From: Macrostomum hystrix
Lineage: Eukaryota > Animalia > Platyhelminthes
Length of the DNA stretch: 64,000 nucleotides
Assembly (NCBI GenBank): GCA_950097015.1
Contig: CATNEN010000007.1
Coordinates: 3,782,001 to 3,846,000 of the forward strand
Reading direction: 5' to 3'
The notes under the pieces are model-generated. The model saw nothing but the letters and a program-made list of their open reading frames with translations. It was not told the DNA's origin and searched no databases. Shown piece after piece: positions 55,101-64,000 of the stretch; position 1 is the stretch's first letter, and each line of letters starts with the position of its first letter. Made by a program: the position numbers and the translations under genes.

Positions 55101-58100
55101 ACTCTACCCTAGACAATCCCAGCGTATCCTACTCTACCCTAGACAATCCCAGCGTATCCTACTCTACCCTAGACAGCCCCAGTGTATCCTACTCTACCCT
55201 AGACAGCCCCAGTGTATCCTACTCTGCCCTAGACAATCCCAGTGTATCCTACTCTACCCTAGACAATCCCAGTGTATCCTACTCTGCCCTTGATAGTCAC
55301 AGTGCATCCAACTCTACCCTAGACAATCCCAGTATATCCTACTCTACCCTAGACAATCCCAGTGTATCCAACTCTACCCTAGACAATCCCAGTGTATCCT
55401 ACTCTACCCTAGACAATCCCAGCGTATCCTACTCTACCCTAGACAGCCCCAGTGTATCCTACTCTACCCTAGACAGCCCCAGTGTATCCTACTCTACCCT
55501 AGACAATCCCAGTGTATCCAACTCCACCCTAGACAATCCCAGTGTATCCTACTCTGCCCTTGATAATCACAGTGCATCCAACTCTACCCTAGACAATCCC
55601 AGTGTATCCTACTCTGCCCTTGATAATCACAGTGCATCCAACTCTACCCTAGACAATCCCAATATATCCTACTCTACCCTAGACAATCCCAGTGTATCCA
55701 ACTCTACCCTAGACAATCCCAGTGTATCCTACTCTACCCTAGACAATCCCAGCGTATCCTACTCTACCCTAGACAGCCCCAGTGTATCCTACTCTACCCT
55801 AGACAGCCCCAGTGTATCCTACTCTGCCCTAGACAATCCCAGTGTATCCAACTCTACCCTAGACAATCCCAGTGTATCCAACTCTACCCTAGACAATCCC
55901 AGTGTATCTTACTCTGCCCTTGATAATCACAGTGCATCCAACTCTACCCTAGACAATCCCAGTATATCGTACTCTACCCTAGACTATTAAAGTACACTTG
56001 CGTCCTGCTTTCCCCAGCACTCACCGATATAATAGTTGGCCAGGAAGCAGCGGATGCAGAATGCCAAGTTGATAAGCAGCGACAGGCCCAGCAGGGTCAG
56101 TATGCCGATCACGTAATCGGAGCGCGCAAACTGGAGCACTGAAATTCGCGCGAATTCAAAAGCAATTAGGCGAACGTTTTCTGTCGGGTGTAATTGAAAC
56201 TACACGCAATCTACCAAAAAACTGGTGCCGATAGCGAAGCTCCAAGAATGCTAAGAAAAAATGTTAAGTATTCCCAAGGAATGCATGTGTAATATTATCT
56301 CTTAGCTGGGATTATGCTTCGTGGGGACAATAAATCCCCACACGAGCTTCGCGCACCAGCTTGTGGGGCTCAGCGAAGCGGCAAAAACAGATGGGATTCT
56401 CATTGCCTTGGACACGCGGAGCGAAAGTGTTTAATGACGATGCCGCCTTTGCGTGACTGCCTGCCGAGCGGTGGAAGCCGTTCGCCCACCAGTAATGCAA
56501 ATTAGACCCTCCCCAACTCTCTTTCTCTCTCGGCTTACAACTTGTTCAGGAAATGAGAAAAACTGCCAACTGGTTTGCAAAGTGGGTCAGGCTGACTTGC
56601 CCGCCTAACTGGAGGTGGAAATTACCTGAAACTGTGGGAATAATTTCATGGGGATCATCAAATGAAAGGTGTTGCACTAGAAATCGGGAAACGAGAGAGT
56701 CGAGGAAGAGGAAGAGGAGAGAGACAATGAAGCGGGAGGGGGGAGAGGCGAGAAAGAAGGAGGGGAGAGAGGCGATTAAGAGGGAGGGGAGAGAGGCGAG
56801 GAAGAGGAAGGGGAGAGGCGAGGAGCAGGAAGGGGAGAGGCGAGGAAGAGGAAGGGGAGAGGCGAGGAGCAGGAAGGGGAGAGGCGAGGAAGAGGAAGGG
56901 GAGAGAGGCGAGGAAGAGGAAGGGGAGAGGCGAGGAAGAGGAAGGAGAGAGGCGAGGAACAGGAAGGGGAGAGGCGAGGAACAGGAAGGGGGAGAGGCGA
57001 GGAAGAGGAAGGGGAGAGGCGAGGAAGAGGGAGGGGGAGAGGGGAGTAAGAGGAAGGGGAGAGGCGAGGAGCAGGAAGGGGAGAGGCGAGGAAGAGGAAG
57101 GGGAGAGGCGAGGAGCAGGAAGGGGAGAGGCGAGGAAGAGGAAGGGGAGAGAGGCGAGGAAGAGGAAGGGGAGAGGCGAGGAAGAGGAAGGAGAGAGGCG
57201 AGGAACAGGAAGGGGAGAGGCGAGGAACAGGAAGGGGGAGAGGCGAGGAAGAGGAAGGGGAGAGAGGGGAGGGGAGAGAGGCGAGGAAGAGGGATGGGAG
57301 AGAGACAAGGAAGTGGGAGGGGTGAGAGGCGAGGAAGGGGGAGGGGAGAGAGGCAAGTAAGAGGGATGGGAGAGAGGCGAGTAAGAGGGATGGGAGACTA
57401 GACAAAGAGCATGAGTGAGAGATAAGAAATGAAAAGAAACGGGTGCAGTTTATTGAATTGAGTTGAGCAACTCCTAAAGATGCCTTTAGATCTCACAGTT
57501 GGGATCGATTTCCTTGGTGCCGCCCGGTGGCCCACTGGGCGACCGCCTCTGCCAGCCGCTGCCAGGTCCCGCCGACGACGGGTCATCGAGCTGCCTGTCC
57601 GTGGCAGAGCCAGCGATGCCGATAGTCGGTGCCGTGGTGCTGGCTGCGGGATTCAATTGAGCGATACGATGATAAATAATCCGCTAAATGAAATGCCTAA
57701 TAGTGAATTATCAAAATGCCAAGTTTTCCTAGCCACCGAGTTTTCCCGCTGCCTGCATTTCAAGCCCGCATTTATACCAGTGACTGCGCACTAATCGGTT
57801 GCCATTATTAATCGGTCTAAGAAATTCCAAGCACTGCCCCATAGTCTTCTGGCCATAGCTTAGGAAAGAGATATTTACACAGATGGTTATGCGACCAAGC
57901 GTGGCAGCACGCATCTGAAGATTGAAGGGCCAGTTTTTGCGAAGTTGCCGAAGCTGACGGGATGAAAATCTGATGGCAGAAAGTAAGAAGTTTCTAGATG
58001 TTTATGAATGACGCGGAATTGATTGGGGGGACCTGGCCCAGACTCTCCAAGCACTTTTATAGCTCTGCATGCGGCAGATTCGGCCTGGAGTTGGGACTTG

Positions 58101-61100
58101 GCCAGGTTGCATTGGAAACTGCGTCGCTAATGACCGCAGCTGCTCCCAGGCAAGCCACGGCAAGGGAACAGTGAGAAAAGTCATGGCAACTCCCCGCTCC
58201 GATTGTCCCGCACTGCAGACAGATCCCCTAATTGGGAGGAGAATCAGAGGAAAAGATTTGCGTACAGAAAGTTCACAGTGCAATCTAGGGATTGCTAGCC
58301 CTGCCTCTAGAAGCAATTCAGCGCAGGGACAGAGAGGCCAGACGTGGCGGGGAAGGGTGGGTGAGTCACGCGCGAGCCAGCAGGGAAAGTGAGAAAGAAT
58401 TGCAATTCTTTGAGAAGAAGAATAATAGATTACCGGACTGAAAGCAGAGGAGAAACCAATTCAGAAGGGAAAGGAGCGGAAGTGCCAGCAATGGGGTGGG
58501 AAGTCCCGCCCTCTCGTATTCCAAGGCCTCAACTCGCAGCTAGCCTGTATCGCTCAAAGCAAAAACACGGCGCAGAGGTGAAAAAAATTGTGCAAAAAAG
58601 AAGACTAAAAAAAGCGAGCGAGCGCACAGAGAATGCTCAACTTTGCCTTTTCGTCAGCGGCAGGGGGCCCGCTGCCATGACTACAGACTGCGGGCTTCCT
58701 TTTTTTCTTTTTTTTTCTGTTCTCGGCGTTTTACTCAGCTCTGACATCAGGGACTGTCCTGTCCGACTTTTCCACTTTTTTTGCCGCTGTTCCCGTCGGT
58801 CTCGAGAAGTGCCGCTCACGGAGAGCAGGCCAGACACACCGACTGAGTTCCGGTATGGAGCTAAGAGATTATGAATATTTTATCAAATATGCGCCGCCGC
58901 CTTTGCGGTAGGGCACAGCGAGAAGTTAACCACTTGTACACGCCTGCCGACTGCAATATTCTGGGACGGTAGGGAAATCCAACACAGGTCTGTGCTTTAG
59001 ACCTGGGGTTGTCTAAGTAGAGTAGAACAGACTGGGATTCTCTAGAGTAGATTTGAATTGATTGGAATTATCTAGGGTGGAGTAAGCTTAGGCAGTTATT
59101 TTCTAGAATAGACTGGGATTGTCAAGGGTAGAGTAGAACAGACTGGGATTGTCTAGACTCTAGGGTAGAGTTGGACAGACTGGGATTGTCTAGACTCTAG
59201 GGTAGAGTTGGACAGACTGGGATTGTCTAGACTCTAGGGTAGAGTTGGACAGACTGGGATTGTCTAGACTCTAGGGTAGAGTTGGACAGACTGGGATTGT
59301 CTAGACTCTAGGGTAGAGTTGGACAGACTGGGATTGTCTAGACTCTAGGGTAGAGTTGGACAGACTGGGATTGTCTAGACTCTAGGGTAGAGTTGGACAG
59401 ACTGGGATTGTCTAGACTCTAGGGTAGAGTTGGACAGACTGGGATTGTCTAGACTCTAGGGTAGAGTTGGACAGACTGGGATTGTCTAGACTCTAGGATA
59501 GAGTTGGACAGACTGGGATTGTCTAGGGTAGAGTTGGACAGACTGGGATTGTCTAGACTCTAGGGTAGAGTTGGACAGACTGGGATTGTCTGGACTCTAG
59601 GGTAAAGTTGGACAGACTGGGATTGTCTAGAGTAGAGTTGGACAGACTGGGATTGTCTAGACTCTAGGGTAGAGTTGGACAGACTGGGATTGTCTGGACT
59701 CTAGGGTAGAGTTGGACAGACTGGGATTGTCTAGGGTAGAGTTGGACAGACTGGGATTGTCTAGGGTAGAGTAGGACAGACTGGGATTGTCTAGGGTAGA
59801 GTTGGACAGACTGGGATTGTCTAGGGTTGAGTTGGACAGACTGGGATTCTCTAGGGTAGAGTTGGACAGACTGGGATTGTCTAGGGTAGAGTAGGATACA
59901 CTGGGATTGTCTAGGGTAGAGTAGGATACACTGGGATTGTCTAGGGTAGAGTAGGATACACTGGGATTGTCTAGGGTAGAGTAGGATACACTGGGATTGT
60001 CTAGGGTAGAGTAGGATACACTGGGATTGTCTAGGGTAGAGTAGGATACACTGGGATTGTCTAGGGTAGAGTAGTATACACTGGGATTGTCTAGGGTAGA
60101 GTAGGATACACTGGGATTGTCTAGGGTAGAGTAGGATACACTTGGGCTGTCTAGGGTAGAGTAGGATACACTGGGATTGTCTAGGGTAGAGTAGGATACG
60201 CTGGGATTGTCTAGGGTAGAGTAGGATACGCTGGGATTGTCTAGAGTAGAGTAGGACAGACTGGGATTGTCTAGGGTAGAGTTGGATACACTGGGATTGT
60301 CTAGGGTAGAGTTGGATACACTGGGATTGTCTAGGGTAGAGTAGGATACACTGGGGCTGTCTAGGGTAGAGTAGGATACTCTGGGATTGTCTATAGTAGA
60401 GTAGGACAGACTGGGATTGTCTAGGGTAGAGTTGGATAAACTGGGATTGTCTAGGGTAGAGTTGGATAAACTGGGATTGTCTAGGGTAGAGTAGGATACA
60501 CTGGGGCTGTCTAGGGTAGAGTAGGATACACTGGGGCTGTCTAGGGTAGAGTAGGATACACTGGGGCTGTCTAGGGTAGAGTAGGATACACTGGGGCTGT
60601 CTAGGGTAGAGTAGGACAGACTCGGATTGTCTAGGGTAGAGTTGGATACACTGGGATTGTCTAGGGTAGAGTAGGACAGACTGGGATTGTCTAGGGTAGA
60701 GTAGGACAGACTGGGATTGTCTAGGGTAGAGTAGGATACACTGGGATTGTCTAGGGTAGAGTAGGATACACTGGGATTGTCTAGGGTAGAGTTGGATAAA
60801 CTGGGATTGTCTAGGGTAGAGTAGGATACACTGGGATTGTCTAGGGTAGAGTTGGATAAACTGGGATTGTCTAGGGTAGAGTAGGACAGACCCAATATGG
60901 TGCAAGCTGTGGTGAAACTCGAGAATTTGCGCCAGTTTTAAGCAAATCTTTAAACCCATAAATATTGGCAGTAAACTGAAGCCAAGTAAAAGGAATCTCA
61001 ATGCGTTTCCGTATTGACTGAGCATTGTGCAAGTCGGCGAGTTCTTTGAAGTGTGGGGAAATACTTGGGATCAGACCAGTTTGATTGTTTGATTTCTGAC

Positions 61101-62290
61101 TGTTTGATTTAACAACGTGAGCAGATTTGATTTCTACTATTTGTTGAAAATTGTCGGTGCTCTGATTAATTGCAGATTTGTGGCCTTCCTTCAGGATCGA
61201 GAGGGACCAACCTGGGGAGCAGGAGGATTAGAGAGATCTTTTGTAATTTTGACTGACAGGCCTGTGATTTGCGCGAGTCAGCGAAATGGAGTCACTGGCG
61301 CAATCTGTGAAGTGCTTACTGACTGGGTGGGGTCACAAAGAGTAACACTCATTAAAGCAGCAGCAGCAGCTGCTGCTAGTAGTAGTAGAAGTAGTAGTAG
61401 TAGTAGTTGTTGTTGTTGTTGTTGTTGTTGTTGCGTGTTAATCAAGCGATGCTAGTTAAGCATAGTGAGCGTTTTTATTAACGTTACTTATAGCTAAAGA
61501 ACAAGGTTTTATAATGTCATCAAGAGTATTTGGAGCATAGAAAAATCCTAATAAACAGCAGTGAACGATTGAGGGCAACAATCGATAATTAAGAATAAAT
61601 AGAGTTGGGCTCATATCACAACAGTAGTAGTAGTAGTAGTGCAATATTCCGTATTCTCACCTTCTTTGAATCGCCTTGGCTCTTCAGCAGCTGCGTCAGC
61701 GGACGCTTTGCTGGTCGCTGTGTCAGGAGCGGCAGCGGTGGCGGCAGTTGTCCTCGGCTGGGTCACAGCCGGTAGCTCAGCGGGCTTGAAGTGGCTGAGA
61801 GACACAGCTGAGCTTCTCTGGCCCCGGAACTTGCAGTACCAGCCGCCCGCCAGCCTGGCCTCGGAGGTGTCCACCAGCAGTCGGATAGTCTTGCCGCCAG
61901 CTGCGGGCTGCAGCAGCTTCTGGCATTGAACCCTGGGCGGCAGCAGCTCCGAGTGCATCACCTTGCAGCTGGAGTCACCCTGCATGACGCAGATCGGGTT
62001 GCAGTCGCCGAAGCACTTTTCGATGTTCCCGAGGCCGGAAGGCGCCACCGCCGGGCAGAAGAACTGAACTTCGTGCGCGTCCACGGAGTCCCCACCGTTG
62101 GCGATGTCGCAGGACAGCTGGATTGTCGGCAGGCTGACATTGATTCGGATGCCTACAGTCAGCGGCGCCGAGTCCATCGGCCTGGAGGAGTCCGCGCTGG
62201 TCGCGAATGAGTCCACCGCTACTGCAGAGACCGCCGCTGGAGATTCGAGAATCAGCTCTTGATTGGTTGGGTGTCTCACAGGTGCAAGCG
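48836..62290 (-). CDS. Orphan single-pass type I membrane protein: Cys-rich Ig-like ectodomain, stalk, TM helix, Tyr-motif and polyQ cytoplasmic tail; exons 62290-61661, 57643-57497, 56138-56025, 50714-50480, 49700-48836; 5' exon not found
   Basis: All five exons join in frame with GT-AG ends (phases 1, 1, 1, 2). Ig-like cues IQLSC...LAGGWYCKF; TM YVIGILTLLGLSLLINLAFCIRCFLANYYI followed by basic AVRRRK; tail with NTYEEL, STYMEH, MLYDSV and long CAG/CAA runs. Confidence 0.75.
49732..50312. repeat. 17-bp minisatellite in the last intron of the orphan receptor
   Basis: TCTAACTGGGATTCTAG and variants, about 34 copies. Confidence 0.94.
50785..51000. repeat. Degenerate ~70-bp repeat, about 3 copies
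   Basis: CTGATTGGCTGTTCACTAA...CCACCTCTTTCCTCCATTTAT recurs. Confidence 0.7.
51561..55984 (+). repeat. 30-bp satellite array A with higher-order structure
   Basis: ACTCTACCCTAGACAATCCCAGTGTATCCT, about 147 copies. Confidence 0.97.
56690..57400. repeat. Purine-rich minisatellite between the TM and stalk exons
   Basis: GAGAGGCGAGGAAGAGGAAGGG-type units. Confidence 0.9.
58995..60890 (-). repeat. 30-bp satellite array B, reverse complement of array A; inner part has a 37-bp variant unit
   Basis: AGGATACACTGGGATTGTCTAGGGTAGAGT is the exact reverse complement of the array A unit. Confidence 0.97.
61355..61435. repeat. Compound trinucleotide microsatellite (GCA)n-(TAG)n-(TTG)n
   Basis: Directly visible. 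Confidence 0.85.
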
Positions 62291-62465
62291 CTGAGATTGA
62301 CTGACACATGAGATATGAGATTGACTGACACATGAGATATGAGATTGACTGACACATGAGATATGAGATTGATTGACACATGAGATATGAGATTGACTGA
62401 CACATGAGATATGAGATTGACTGACACATGAGATATGAGATTGACTGGCACATGAGATATGAGAT
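62291..62465. repeat. 24-bp minisatellite abutting the Ig-exon acceptor
   Basis: GAGATTGACTGACACATGAGATAT, about 7 copies. Confidence 0.92.
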
Positions 62466-63029
62466 CAGCTTGCATATGAGATCAACTGTATAGATGGCCC
62501 ATATTTTCTACAGAGCTAAAAGATGAAGACCAGTTGCCTTGGAGACGAGGCGCTTCCTGTGAATATTCCAACACCCGTCTATCGACTCTTTAAAGAATTT
62601 TACTGGTCAGAAATAGTTTTTTTCGGCGAAAAAAAAGCTAAGAACAACCGCTGGGTTCAAATTTTGAGAGGCGAAGACTATCACTTTGGGCGCTCGTGTT
62701 CCTGGCTGCCAGACGAATGCCAGTGAAGGTAAGCTCCTGGTTCAGTAATTTTTAGGATGGGCAAGAACTTAGGATGCCTTTTGGAAAATTGTTACACGCC
62801 CTGGCAACTGCATTGAACACACGAACCCACTCATCTGCCGGCTGTCTGAACCCCCTACCCCTCTACATGGGCTAGGAACAGCCACTTTCTGCCCAGCGCC
62901 TGCTTTGATAATTGTCAAGAAATTGCGAATTTGGCTTGACCCCAACCAACAGAGAGTTGACCTTCTTTGACACGGATCAGAAGACGAAACGTTTTTCTCG
63001 CTATGATAAGATCTGCATGAGCTAGAATC

Positions 63030-64000
63030 GTCTAAAGTAGACTTGCAAACAATAGAATAGTCTAGGGTAGATATGAGATAAGCTAAAATAGTCTAGGGTA
63101 GATATGAGATAAGCTAGAATAATCTAGGGTAGATATGAGATAAGCTAGAATAGTCTAGGGTAGATCTAAGGTAAGCTAGAATAGTCTAGGTCAGATATTA
63201 TGTAAGCTAGAATAATCTAGGGTAGATATGAGATAAGCTAGAATAGTCTAGGGTAGATCTGAGGTAAGCTAGAATAGTCTAGGGCTGATATGAGATAAGC
63301 TAGAATAGTCTAGGGTAGATCTGAGATAAGCTAGAATAGTCTAGATTAGATATGAGATAAGCTAGAATAGTCTAGGGTAGATCTGAGGTAAGCTAGAATA
63401 ATCTAGGGCAGATATGAGATAAGCTAGAATAGTCTAGGGTAGATATGAGATAAGTTAGAATAGTCTAGGGTAGATCTGAGGTAAGCTAGAATAATCTAGG
63501 GCAGATATGAGATAAGCTAGAATAGTCTAGGGTAGATATGAGATAAGTTAGAATAGTCTAGGGTAGATCTGAGGTAAGCTAGAATAGTCTAGGGTAGATC
63601 TAAGCTAAGCTAGAATAGTCTAGGGTAGATATGATATAAGCTAGAATAGTCTAGGGTAGATCTGAGGTAAGCTAGAATAGTCTAGGGTAGATCTAAGCTA
63701 AGCTAGAATAGTCTAGGGTAGATATGATATAAGCTAGAATAGTCTAGGGTAGATCTGAGGTAAGCTAGAATAGTCTAGGGCTGATATGAGATAAGCTAGA
63801 ATAGTCTAGGGTAGATCTGAGATAAGCTAGAATAGTCTAGATTAGATATGAGATAAGCTAGAATAGTCTAGGGTAGATCTGAGGTAAGCTAGAATAGTCT
63901 AGGGCAGATATGAGATAAGCTAGAATAATCTAGGGTAGATATGAGATAAGCTGAAATAGTCTAGGGTAGATTTGAGATAAGCTAGAATAGTCTAGGGTAG
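63030..64000. repeat. 31-bp minisatellite running off the window end
   Basis: TAGTCTAGGGTAGATATGAGATAAGCTAGAA, about 30 copies. Confidence 0.95.

Noticed and set aside
59657-61025. 412 and 453 aa ORFs (STLDNPSVSY, YPRQSQ repeats)
   Set aside because: Translation of a 30-bp unit; lies inside an intron of the receptor gene with no splice or start context.

Overview
Eukaryotic (animal) genomic DNA with spliced, GC-rich genes and introns packed with minisatellites; roughly a third of the window is tandem repeat by my rough sum. The anion-type nicotinic receptor, short introns and repeat load suggest a free-living flatworm such as Macrostomum (inference, not verified). Genes reconstructed by hand from splice sites and reading phase: the first exon of an Ariadne RBR E3 ligase (minus, runs off the window start), a DBF4/Chiffon homolog (minus), a complete ~33-exon otoferlin (plus, 9641-30223, two GC-AG introns), two orphan low-complexity ORFs, a 3-exon nicotinic acetylcholine receptor subunit with an anion-selectivity PA motif (minus), and an orphan single-pass Ig-like receptor with Tyr motifs and polyQ (minus, 5' end unresolved). 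Mobile DNA: five clear copies plus one partial copy of a tRNA-headed SINE, a second SINE-like element, two MITEs with target-site duplications, a 48-bp palindromic insertion and a LINE 3' fragment. Best lead: the two in-frame-skippable exons encoding the receptor's stalk and transmembrane helix sit between two kilobase-scale arrays of the same 30-bp minisatellite in inverted orientation, which could drive exon loop-out, circularisation or DNA inversion. No CRISPR, rRNA or true tRNA genes are supported.
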